Part shown: piece by piece, positions 36,472 through 44,890 of the stretch
How the letters are laid out: the number at the start of each line of letters is the position of its first letter
How positions within the stretch are numbered: the stretch's first letter is position 1
Origin: a virus
Lineage: Duplodnaviria; Caudoviricetes
Reading direction: 5' to 3' (one strand)
Virus record (IMG/VR): IMGVR_UViG_3300027754_000129
Coordinates: 1 to 52,193 of that record
Length of the DNA: 52,193 nt
Notes under the pieces: generated by a model
What the model was told of the DNA's origin: nothing
What the model saw: only the letters and a program-made list of their open reading frames with translations
Databases searched by the model: none
Position numbers and translations under genes: made by a program

Positions 36472-37539
36472 ATGGGTGTTTGGAATTTAATTGGTGTCAT
36501 TGGTGGATTGTTAGTATCAATATGGGCATTTTTACGGTATATTATATCTCAGAATATACGATTGGATGATAATTTAAGCAAAAGTTTAATGCCATCAATA
36601 CTATCTGCAAAATATAAGTTTGAGATTAATAACGAAATAAGTGTGAATAAGAAGTACCCAACAACCTATTCTTCATTTGCTATTCTTAATGGTGCTTTAG
36701 TTTATTTTACTAGAAGTGAAAGATTGCTTAATGCTGGCTGGCAATCAAAAGAAACGATATCTGAATTGTACTATTTCAGATGGCATCGTAAAAGGATAAG
36801 GTCTTTTATTAATAGTATTGTAAATGCAAGAGAACATGTTAACGTAATGGCGTTAGCTCCATGGGGTTCTGATAAATTAGGTCAGTTATCTACTGCTGAA
36901 AAACCAATGGTATATATAAACAAGGACCAATATGAACCAATAGAAAAGGATATAATTAGTATATTAACTAGTGGTAAAGGTAAATCAAGTGCTTTATTGT
37001 ATGGAAAACCAGGTACTGGTAAAACTAGGTTAATAAAATATTTTTCCTTGAAATATAATCTACCTATATATTCTATATTCTTGAATCCAGAATACAATAA
37101 CTTGGATATACTAGTTATGTTTAACGATATACCAGAAAAATGTATAGTATTATTTGAAGATTTTGATAACTATTTTAATAAAAGAGAGTGTATAATGAAA
37201 AACAACGAGGTTAAATTCACATTTGATTCATTGTTAAGTGTTCTAGATGGTGTTTATAATGAATACAATCAAGTATTTTTTTTCATGACATGTAATGATA
37301 TTGATAAAATTGATGTTTCAATCAAAGATAGACCATCAAGGATGAAGTTTGTTACTGAAATTACTGGACCTAATTATAGTAATAGGTTATCTATATTAGA
37401 AGGTAATACAGAATTAGCTGAAATTACTGAAGGGATGACAACTGATAGAGTGTTTTTTGTTAAATCTTTGTCTAATTCGCACACTAATGATGAAATTATT
37501 CGTAAATTAGTAAAACAAAATGAAACCATTGAAAGTTAA
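36472..37539 (+). CDS. Membrane-anchored BCS1-like AAA ATPase
   Basis: N-terminal TM; LLYGKPGTGKT, LFEDFD, LLSVLDG, MTCN, DRPSR. Confidence 0.85.
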   Translation: MGVWNLIGVIGGLLVSIWAFLRYIISQNIRLDDNLSKSLMPSILSAKYKFEINNEISVNKKYPTTYSSFAILNGALVYFTRSERLLNAGWQSKETISELYYFRWHRKRIRSFINSIVNAREHVNVMALAPWGSDKLGQLSTAEKPMVYINKDQYEPIEKDIISILTSGKGKSSALLYGKPGTGKTRLIKYFSLKYNLPIYSIFLNPEYNNLDILVMFNDIPEKCIVLFEDFDNYFNKRECIMKNNEVKFTFDSLLSVLDGVYNEYNQVFFFMTCNDIDKIDVSIKDRPSRMKFVTEITGPNYSNRLSILEGNTELAEITEGMTTDRVFFVKSLSNSHTNDEIIRKLVKQNETIES

Positions 37540-37593
37540 ATGAATTAATGATATATTAACCACCGTAAGATATAAATTTAAAAAATTTTAACA

Positions 37594-37625
37594 TTTGGAT
37601 ATCTCAATTATTATTCATATATTTG
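37594..37625 (+). promoter_or_regulatory. Bacteroidota-type promoter
   Basis: TTTG-N20-TATATTTG. Confidence 0.75.
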
Positions 37626-37639
37626 ATAAAAAATAAGTT

Positions 37640-38116
37640 ATGAAACCAATCAAGGAAATAATAATCTCCAAAGGTAAGCGAGCTAAACTAGGTCCAGTTC
37701 ATACGATGAACATCACAATAGGGGATTTAATGGAATGTGTTTTTCCTAAGGCTGGTAATGAATTTGGATATCTTGGATATGCTTATTATAATGTAAAACA
37801 AGATGGTTCAATATCCAAACAATCAGAACTCTTAAAAGAATTCTTTATTGAAGTTGATAAGGTTGCTAGACCAAAATGGTGTCCAAAATTTGTATTAAGG
37901 TTGCTTAAATTATTTGGTAATGATAACTCTATTGTTAGGGTAAGAAATAGGAGATTGCATGATTTATTTAACAAGATAATAAAAGGAATACAGATAACTG
38001 ACACTAAATGGAAATATGATTCATTTAGAATATATGGACACTTTACTAAAGAATTAGATGAATTGGCTAAAGCGACTTGTATAAAAATTGAAACTGATTA
38101 TAATAATAAATTATGA
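37640..38116 (+). CDS. Hypothetical protein
   Basis: 158-aa ORF after a promoter. Confidence 0.65.
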   Translation: MKPIKEIIISKGKRAKLGPVHTMNITIGDLMECVFPKAGNEFGYLGYAYYNVKQDGSISKQSELLKEFFIEVDKVARPKWCPKFVLRLLKLFGNDNSIVRVRNRRLHDLFNKIIKGIQITDTKWKYDSFRIYGHFTKELDELAKATCIKIETDYNNKL

Positions 38117-38286
38117 CTGTAAAAAACTTAATAGATATATTATCTAAAATTGATGGGGATAAAATTATTATAATGACTGAACCAGATGGTATAGGTTGGA
38201 CCAATATAGGTAAAATAATTGAAGATGAATGCCAAGTTAAAATAATAGAAGATGATAATGAATTATTCCACTAAAATATAAATAAA

Positions 38287-38508
38287 ATGAGAATTTATCA
38301 ATTAAAAACAGCAAAAGAGTTCATGGAAAGATATGAACAAGGTTACAGTACAGAAGATTTAATGCAAATGTACGCAGAAGATGTAGCGAAAAGATTTGCT
38401 GCTGAATGTGTAAATGAAGCACTTGGAAATAAGATGGAAGTATCAAACTCTTTGCATCACGCAATTGAAGGAAAGTACAAATCTATTATTTGGAAGAATG
38501 AAGATTAG
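38287..38508 (+). CDS. Hypothetical protein
   Basis: ORF track. Confidence 0.6.
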   Translation: MRIYQLKTAKEFMERYEQGYSTEDLMQMYAEDVAKRFAAECVNEALGNKMEVSNSLHHAIEGKYKSIIWKNED

Positions 38509-38510
38509 TT

Positions 38511-38834
38511 ATGGAACCAATACACAAATTTAACAACGGAGATGGTGCAACGCTCTGCAACATCTGTAATACAATCATTACACCTTTCCTTACCGATGAA
38601 TTATACTGTGATAAACATAAAAATATGGATAAAAAAGACATAATTGAAGTTGCGAATAGTTTTTTATCTTATGAAGAAATGTATGAATTACTGAATAATG
38701 GTGATTTTTCATTTTTAAGTAGGGAATTGAACACAAATAGATACCCACAAATTGAATGGATGATTGAATATTTTGAAAATAAAGAAGACTATGAAAAATG
38801 TGATTTTTTATCCAAATTACAAATACCAAACTAA
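38511..38834 (+). CDS. Zn-ribbon module fused to a domain ending in a UVR-like motif
   Basis: GATLCNIC..IITPFLTDELYCDKH shared with 41201; YFENKEDYEKCDFL. Confidence 0.65.
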   Translation: MEPIHKFNNGDGATLCNICNTIITPFLTDELYCDKHKNMDKKDIIEVANSFLSYEEMYELLNNGDFSFLSRELNTNRYPQIEWMIEYFENKEDYEKCDFLSKLQIPN

Positions 38835-38845
38835 AAAATTAAATT

Positions 38846-39124
38846 ATGGAAATTAGAATAGTAAAAACCTCAGTTCAAAGTGAGAATACAGAACCAAAAG
38901 ATGTTAATTACCCAAATGATACTTGGTGTGTGGATGGACGTATATACAGAAATGGTGATGGTGGATTAAATCTATGGTTCAAAGAAATTGAGAGGGTAAA
39001 ACCAGATATTATCTATTTGTATGAAATATCATCATGGAATGATAAAATTGTAAATGGAGATAACGAAGAAGATTGGATTGATGATATATTAACCAGCGTA
39101 AGATATCAATTTAAAAAATTATAA
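38846..39124 (+). CDS. Hypothetical protein
   Basis: ORF track. Confidence 0.6.
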   Translation: MEIRIVKTSVQSENTEPKDVNYPNDTWCVDGRIYRNGDGGLNLWFKEIERVKPDIIYLYEISSWNDKIVNGDNEEDWIDDILTSVRYQFKKL

Positions 39125-39158
39125 AATGACAATATTAGAAAAATAGAAAAATCAAAAT

Positions 39159-39191
39159 GCAAATTTCATTTAAGCGTATGTTAGCAGATGT
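39159..39191. mobile_element. Right half of an attC-like site (cassette start)
   Basis: GCAAA...TGTTA spaced as in the full hairpins (25 nt); GTTAGCAG complementary to CTGCTAAC at 39505-39512. Confidence 0.55.
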
Positions 39192-39243
39192 AATTTTATC
39201 CCTTTTGAGCGTGGGATGCTCGTAAATATAAATAACTAATAAA

Positions 39244-39501
39244 ATGATTGGACAACTTGCAAAACTTACAAAAAAACAAACAAACAGAGAATATTTTAGC
39301 AATATTCCAGTGGGAACATTTTTCATAATAACAGATAGCCACAACAATATGCCAGCCTATGAATTAACTGGATATTTCATTGGGATAATGCCAAATATAC
39401 TATCAGATGGCACACCGCACTTTACTGGTTATATTGAAAGAGGTAGTTGGGAATTAGTAGGGAATATTGCTGACAATATCGGTGCGGTGGCGGTCTTTTA
39501 A
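39244..39501 (+). CDS. Cassette-borne hypothetical protein
   Basis: Bounded by GTTAGCAG (39180) and CTGCTAAC (39512); the stop overlaps ATGG-CTGC-TAAC. Confidence 0.6.
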   Translation: MIGQLAKLTKKQTNREYFSNIPVGTFFIITDSHNNMPAYELTGYFIGIMPNILSDGTPHFTGYIERGSWELVGNIADNIGAVAVF

Positions 39502-39508
39502 TGGCTGC

Positions 39509-39564
39509 TAACTACTTGCTATACGAACTTTAAATTGTATAAAAAATGAAAGTTATTGAAAAAC
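39509..39564 (+). repeat. 56-bp element at a cassette end, copy 2
   Basis: 54/56 identical to 35764-35819. Confidence 0.85.
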
Positions 39565-39686
39565 TATCTAAAACTATTTTTGTTAAAGGGCATTCTATGA
39601 ATAAAGGTAAATCATTAAGTGATAAACATAAACAAAATTTATCATTAAGTCATATTGGTAGAACTTATAAAAAAAGAAAAAAATGA
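39546..39686 (+). pseudogene. Chimeric 46-aa ORF with a NUMOD3-like fragment
   Basis: MKVIEK (from the repeat) joined to KGKSLSDKHKQNLSLSHIG. Confidence 0.45.
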
Positions 39687-40015
39687 CAAAAACTATGAAA
39701 TATTGGGATTATAAAGGTTGGGTTGGAGTAGAAAATTACGACCAAGAAATTTGGAATTTTCGACTTCACATTGAAATAAATAAATGTTCGGCTAGATTAT
39801 TTAAAAAATATAAGATAAATGCAAATTCAATTAGATGTTCACCCGAACTATTTGAGTTACTTAAAACACTTGAGTATTTTGATAAAAATTTACACTATTT
39901 ATGTGGAAGATATAAAATCTTTAGTTCACTTAATGTTAAAAAAAATGAGTTAGTTATTTTTAATACTGATAATTTTGATATAAAAGAAACACTAAAAATT
40001 AAAAATTATGTGTAA
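39683..40015 (+). CDS. Hypothetical protein
   Basis: ORF track. Confidence 0.6.
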   Translation: MTKTMKYWDYKGWVGVENYDQEIWNFRLHIEINKCSARLFKKYKINANSIRCSPELFELLKTLEYFDKNLHYLCGRYKIFSSLNVKKNELVIFNTDNFDIKETLKIKNYV

Positions 40016-40643
40016 TATTTGTGAGTTAAATAAGTTTAATATGTCTGTGAAAATATGTCGAAAAATAAAAGAATTAAAAACTAATATCTTTAAAAAAACT
40101 AGTATTGAAATCCCTTATGATGTTGTTATTAAAGATTGGGATTTTGATGACCCATATGGTATGTTTTGCCAGTTTTGTAAAGTAATTTATATTAATAAAA
40201 ACATTGTTAATAATGATAAATTATTTGAAAAAGTTATATACCATGAATTTCTTCATTTATATCTACAAGTTGATACAAAATTATTTTATAATGTTTTTAG
40301 GGATAGATTTACATCAACTTATTTCTTTTACTTAAATAAATATTGTGATAAATACCAAGTGGTAACAATATATCCATATTGTGATATTTGGGTTAAATTT
40401 AAACAAACCAATACTGAGGGAATTAGAAACCAAAAGTTATTACAAAAAAATAAATCATTATCTAATAATTACGGACAATTTGAAATGTTATCAGAGTTTA
40501 TTATACATAATTCTGATTATTATTACCAATGTGATTTTAATGATGAAATTTTCGAGGATAAAATTTTACTAGAAATGAATAAATTTGTGTTTAATTTAAT
40601 TTTAGAGAATATAAATAAACATACTCAAGCCGTTAAAAACTAA
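40008..40643 (+). CDS. Zincin/SprT-like HExxH protein
   Basis: IYINK.......FEKVIYHEFLH. Confidence 0.6.
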   Translation: MCNICELNKFNMSVKICRKIKELKTNIFKKTSIEIPYDVVIKDWDFDDPYGMFCQFCKVIYINKNIVNNDKLFEKVIYHEFLHLYLQVDTKLFYNVFRDRFTSTYFFYLNKYCDKYQVVTIYPYCDIWVKFKQTNTEGIRNQKLLQKNKSLSNNYGQFEMLSEFIIHNSDYYYQCDFNDEIFEDKILLEMNKFVFNLILENINKHTQAVKN

Positions 40644-40646
40644 AAA

Positions 40647-40874
40647 ATGGAAGAAATTTACACAAATATCGTTTATCAAAAACCAGTTCCAGTCACTGAG
40701 TTTAAACCAACATCACCAATGATGAACCCAATCACTTATGAATTAATCAATCCAGAATTATGGGAAGATGGGTTATATTTATCACCAAATTTAATGGATG
40801 AAAATCTAAAAATAAATATGGTTTATGAGATAAAGGATAAAAAAGTGGTTAGAGTATATAAATCGAAGGTATAA
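40647..40874 (+). CDS. Hypothetical protein followed by a cassette-end motif
   Basis: ATTG-GTTA-TAAC at 40881-40892 just after the stop. Confidence 0.6.
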   Translation: MEEIYTNIVYQKPVPVTEFKPTSPMMNPITYELINPELWEDGLYLSPNLMDENLKINMVYEIKDKKVVRVYKSKV

Positions 40875-40934
40875 TGTAGTATTGGTTATAACTAATGGCT
40901 AACCGCTATATAAATCTAAATAAACAAAACTAAT

Positions 40935-41195
40935 ATGAAAACTAAAGAAGAAATAGAACAGTTAGCTGAAAAAGATTTTAATGATAGACAAAAGATAGGT
41001 CATTATGAATTATCGGATTTAAAAAGTACTGATTACTATTATGATGGTTTCTCCAATGGCTACACTCAATGTCAAGAAGATATATCTAAACTTTTAGAAA
41101 AAGCCATTGAATTTGGTTATCAATTAAGAAATAATAATAAACCAATAAATAGTGGAATTGATTGGGTTAAAGAATTTAACTCATTAAATAAATAA
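40935..41195 (+). CDS. Hypothetical protein
   Basis: ORF track. Confidence 0.6.
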   Translation: MKTKEEIEQLAEKDFNDRQKIGHYELSDLKSTDYYYDGFSNGYTQCQEDISKLLEKAIEFGYQLRNNNKPINSGIDWVKEFNSLNK

Positions 41196-41200
41196 TCATT

Positions 41201-41461
41201 ATGGAACCAAAACATAAGTTAAATTCAGGAATGGGAGCCACGCTATGCAACATCTGTAATGTAATCATTACACCTTTCCTTACCGATGAATTATATTGTG
41301 ATAAACATAAAAATATGGATAAAGATGAAATAATTGCAATTCAAAAAGAATTGATTGATTTGCTAATGAGTCAAGTAATAGACCTATCAATGATGTCTAA
41401 AATAGAATTGGGTGATGATGTACTTGATGAGATTAAAAGACTTAAAAAACTACTAGAATAA
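41201..41461 (+). CDS. Zn-ribbon module fused to a different C-terminal domain
   Basis: First 41 aa nearly identical to 38511. Confidence 0.65.
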   Translation: MEPKHKLNSGMGATLCNICNVIITPFLTDELYCDKHKNMDKDEIIAIQKELIDLLMSQVIDLSMMSKIELGDDVLDEIKRLKKLLE

Positions 41462-41464
41462 AAT

Positions 41465-42184
41465 ATGAAAACACCTATACAACAAGCGATTGATAAGTTA
41501 ATAGATTTAGCTTATCAGATGGGAACTGATGATGAAGTTTTAGATTCATTTAGTGCTGGCGAAAAGAGAGGTTATCTTGATTCGGCTAGTGAGTTACATA
41601 AATTTTTAGAATTAGAAAAATATACTATAATAATGGCGAATAGAGAAGGTGTTGATATGTGTGTTGATAATAAACCTTATATAATTATGGAACTTTCTGG
41701 ATACACAATGTCTGAACTTATTGAATTAAGAAATAATATATCAAATTACATCCTAAATAAGGAAGATGGGTTTCTATATATTAATAGAATTCATTCTTAT
41801 GGTAGAAGTCACGATGTTATATCTTCAAATTTACAATCAGCTATGGAGTTATGTGACAGATATACAGGTGATGATGGTATAGCTGAGTTATATACAAATA
41901 ATCCTGAGGCGACAGGTTATGTTTATGGTGGAATATATTTAATTAATTCAAAGGAAGAATATGATAAATGGGTGGAATATAAAACATTAAAATCTCTGAT
42001 TAGAGAGGCTGAAGATACTATTAAAAAATGGGAAAATAGAGGAAATGTGTCATTCTATTCAAGACCAAGATTTGAACCATCTATTACTAATGAGGAGTTA
42101 AATGATTATATAGAACAATTAAATAAACTTGAGAAAGAAGTTGTTGAACCTAAATTAATTGATGGTTCTGATGATTTATTGTAG
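41465..42184 (+). CDS. Hypothetical protein, possibly a fusion of two small genes
   Basis: 239-aa ORF; internal MELSGYTMSELIELRN looks like a second start. Confidence 0.6.
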   Translation: MKTPIQQAIDKLIDLAYQMGTDDEVLDSFSAGEKRGYLDSASELHKFLELEKYTIIMANREGVDMCVDNKPYIIMELSGYTMSELIELRNNISNYILNKEDGFLYINRIHSYGRSHDVISSNLQSAMELCDRYTGDDGIAELYTNNPEATGYVYGGIYLINSKEEYDKWVEYKTLKSLIREAEDTIKKWENRGNVSFYSRPRFEPSITNEELNDYIEQLNKLEKEVVEPKLIDGSDDLL

Positions 42185-42225
42185 ATATAATTGGATTTAT
42201 AAATTGGTTCTAAATAAAAATATAT

Positions 42226-42438
42226 ATGGAGTTTCATAAAAGAAAATCAGTAATTACAGAATTAAAACCTTTCTGTCATTTATCAGGTGAAGATGATTAT
42301 ATTGAAGTTACCGAATGGAGTAATGGTGAAGGTCTTGATATTAATGTATCAGATAAAATTGGTAATCAAACAATTTCTATAACATACGGTGAATATGATG
42401 CGTTAAAGAAAGTAATTAAGTTTCTTAATAAACAATAG
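42226..42438 (+). CDS. Small phage protein (IEVTEW.NGEG.DI type)
   Basis: Motif pattern. Confidence 0.65.
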   Translation: MEFHKRKSVITELKPFCHLSGEDDYIEVTEWSNGEGLDINVSDKIGNQTISITYGEYDALKKVIKFLNKQ

Positions 42439-42473
42439 TAATATTTAATACTAACCATTAAAATAATAAAAAT

Positions 42474-42719
42474 ATGACTAAAATGCCATTTAAACCATAT
42501 CCAGTAAAAATATTACATGGATATCTTAGTAATGAATTAGATTATAAGTATGGTGTTATATTAGATTGTGATGTTGAACAACAATACCCATTCTTTGTTA
42601 AGTTATTTAAACACAAACCAGAACTGGAGGATTGTTGCAATATTAGCAGCCATGCTAGTGGCCAATCGCTTGATGAAGAATGGTTAGACTACTCAGGATT
42701 TGAAAAACTAATAGAGTAA
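42474..42719 (+). CDS. Hypothetical protein
   Basis: ORF track. Confidence 0.55.
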   Translation: MTKMPFKPYPVKILHGYLSNELDYKYGVILDCDVEQQYPFFVKLFKHKPELEDCCNISSHASGQSLDEEWLDYSGFEKLIE

Positions 42720-42732
42720 TTATAACTTGTTA

Positions 42733-42918
42733 CTAATTTGATATACGCTCACTAAGGTCCTTAGATATGTCAATGTTGTTCTCATTGTGAATAGCATCAA
42801 GCCATTTCTCAGCCTCGTCAAAACTTTTAGGCACATATGATTGTTGAATACAAGTAGTTTTTTTATTAGCTGTGCAAGATGCAAGTAAAATGAATGTTAA
42901 TAATGCAATTTTTTTCAT
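42733..42918 (-). CDS. Small lipoprotein
   Basis: MKKIALLTFILLAS-C lipobox (start moved to MKK). Confidence 0.7.
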   Translation of the reverse strand: MKKIALLTFILLASCTANKKTTCIQQSYVPKSFDEAEKWLDAIHNENNIDISKDLSERISN

Positions 42919-43071
42919 AATATCTTTTATATTAAAATATGTAAAATACAGCAAAAATCAACATTTTAATGTTAACACAACGTTAACAAATTATTATATT
43001 AAAAAACATATTTAAATAAATTTGTTTTGATAACTTATTTTATATATCTTTGACCTTATAAATTTTATAAT

Positions 43072-43440
43072 ATGAATAAAGTGTTTTTAATTGATATCGA
43101 TGGGACAATATGTGAAGATATCAAAAATGAGGAATCTCATTTATTCCCAACAGCTAAAGTCTATGCGGACTCGCTTAATATCATCAATAAATGGTATGAT
43201 GAAGGTAATGTAATTACTTTCTTTACAGCTAGAGAAAGCAAAGATAGACAAGTAACCGAAACATGGTTAAAAGAAAATGGTTTTAAATACCATGGACTAG
43301 TTATGGATAAACCTAGAATAAAAGATGGACAAGAATATGTTTGGATTGATAACAGAAAAGTTAGAGCCATAACATATCTAGGCACTTGGTCCGAACTAAA
43401 AGAAGTTCAAGCAAACATACAAGTTTTTGATAATGAGTAA
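43072..43440 (+). CDS. Small HAD-superfamily phosphatase (capless, LNS2-like)
   Basis: IDIDGTI, FFTAR, MDKPR, WIDN. Confidence 0.85.
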   Translation: MNKVFLIDIDGTICEDIKNEESHLFPTAKVYADSLNIINKWYDEGNVITFFTARESKDRQVTETWLKENGFKYHGLVMDKPRIKDGQEYVWIDNRKVRAITYLGTWSELKEVQANIQVFDNE

Positions 43441-43876
43441 ACAAATATGTGTTAATAAGAAAGCCTTTTTTGAGTATGAAATACTTGAGAAACATATTGC
43501 TGGTATCCAATTGGTTGGCTCTGAAGTTAAATCCGTTAAGAATGGTAAAGTATCTATCGTTGAAGCATATTGCTTCATAAATGATAATGAATTGTTTATT
43601 AAAGGAATGCATATCACCGAACATAAAGAAGGTGGTAAGTATAATAACCATAAACCAATTAGAGATAGGAAACTGCTTATGAAAAAGAAAGAAATCATTA
43701 AATTACATGAAAATGTTTCTCAAAAAGGCTTGACTATTATACCATTAGAGGTTATAATATCAAAAACAGGCTTCATTAAAATCCAAATTGCTTTAGGTAA
43801 AGGTAAAAACCAATACGATAAAAAACAAACAATTAAACTTCGTGATTTAGATAGAGAATTAAAAAATAATATCTAA
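43433..43876 (+). CDS. smpB: SsrA-binding protein SmpB
   Basis: NKKAFFEYEI....AGIQLVGSEVKS, NH.P.RDRKLLM.K.EI, GLTIIPL, KGK..YDK. Confidence 0.95.
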   Translation: MSKQICVNKKAFFEYEILEKHIAGIQLVGSEVKSVKNGKVSIVEAYCFINDNELFIKGMHITEHKEGGKYNNHKPIRDRKLLMKKKEIIKLHENVSQKGLTIIPLEVIISKTGFIKIQIALGKGKNQYDKKQTIKLRDLDRELKNNI

Positions 43877-43926
43877 ATCACTACCACCCATATTTTAATA
43901 ACTAACTAAAAAAAATAATAAATCTT

Positions 43927-44799
43927 ATGAAAAGCTTTAAAATAGTTGCTAGACCAACAAATAGAGAAAATGACTCATTTAAACAATACCTAAAAAATAT
44001 ATCATCTATTGATATGTTATCTAGAGAAGAAGAAACTGAATTGGCCTTAAAATCATCATCAGGTGATGAAAAAGCTATAAATGAATTGGTTAGAAGAAAC
44101 TTAAGATTCGTTGTTAGCGTTGCCAAATCATATGCTTCAGCATCAAACCCATTAGAAGATTTAGTTAATGAAGGTAATGTTGGTCTTATAATAGCCGCCA
44201 AAAAGTTTAAACCAAATATGGATGCTAAATTCATATCATATGCTGTTTGGTGGGTTAGAAAAGTAATAATGGAATACCTATCTAAACACGGTAGAACAGT
44301 TCGTATCCCAGCTAATAAACTAAATAGCCTATCTAAATTAGATAAGAAATTTAATGAACTAGAACAAAGAGAAGGCAGAATAATAGATATCAACGAAGTT
44401 ATTAACGAACTATCTGGTGAACTACCTAATGATAGCCTAGAATTCTTAATACTATTAAATTCATATAACATGGATTCATTAGATAGAGAAATTGGTGGTG
44501 ATGATAATACAACAACATTAGGCGATTTAATTACCAGCGATTCATATAAAGATACTGACCACCTAGTTAATGATAACGACATCAAAAATGAAATCGGTAA
44601 ACTAGTTAATAAACTTAATGATAAAGAAAAAAGAATCATTATAGCATCATATGGATTAGATGGTAGCTCACCAATGACATTGGGTGAAATAGGTGAAGAA
44701 ATGGGTGTTACTCGTGAAAGAATACGTCAAATAAAAGATACTATACTTAGAAAACTTAAATCTAAAATAGTAAATTCTAATTTAGTATATCAACTATAA
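43927..44799 (+). CDS. rpoD: Sigma-70 factor resembling the short Bacteroidota primary sigma
   Basis: TNRE..S..QYL..I, NLRFVVSVAK.Y, DLVNEGN.GL..AA.KF, KFISYAVWW, TLGEIGE.MGVTRERIRQI; no region 1.1. Confidence 0.85.
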   Translation: MKSFKIVARPTNRENDSFKQYLKNISSIDMLSREEETELALKSSSGDEKAINELVRRNLRFVVSVAKSYASASNPLEDLVNEGNVGLIIAAKKFKPNMDAKFISYAVWWVRKVIMEYLSKHGRTVRIPANKLNSLSKLDKKFNELEQREGRIIDINEVINELSGELPNDSLEFLILLNSYNMDSLDREIGGDDNTTTLGDLITSDSYKDTDHLVNDNDIKNEIGKLVNKLNDKEKRIIIASYGLDGSSPMTLGEIGEEMGVTRERIRQIKDTILRKLKSKIVNSNLVYQL

Positions 44800-44804
44800 G
44801 GTTT

Positions 44805-44824
44805 ATGTACACAATCGTGTACAT
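44805..44824. promoter_or_regulatory. Palindrome ATGTACAC-N4-GTGTACAT
   Basis: Perfect 8-bp inverted repeat; recurs at 51477. Confidence 0.5.
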
Positions 44825-44890
44825 ATTTTTATATTTTTTATACTTTTTATGTCTTTTTAGATATTTATTATTATAAACCAAAATAAAACT

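Noticed and set aside
40632-40643. GTTA-AAAA as the start of the cassette ending at 40892
   Set aside because: The expected GTTA-TAAC-NNGT is not matched (2/4 and no GT), so this cassette's start could not be located.
43902-44639. 245-aa minus-strand ORF and similar antisense ORFs (14309, 25320, 20398, 45234)
   Set aside because: Fully antisense to well-supported genes, with S/L/I/F-rich shadow composition.
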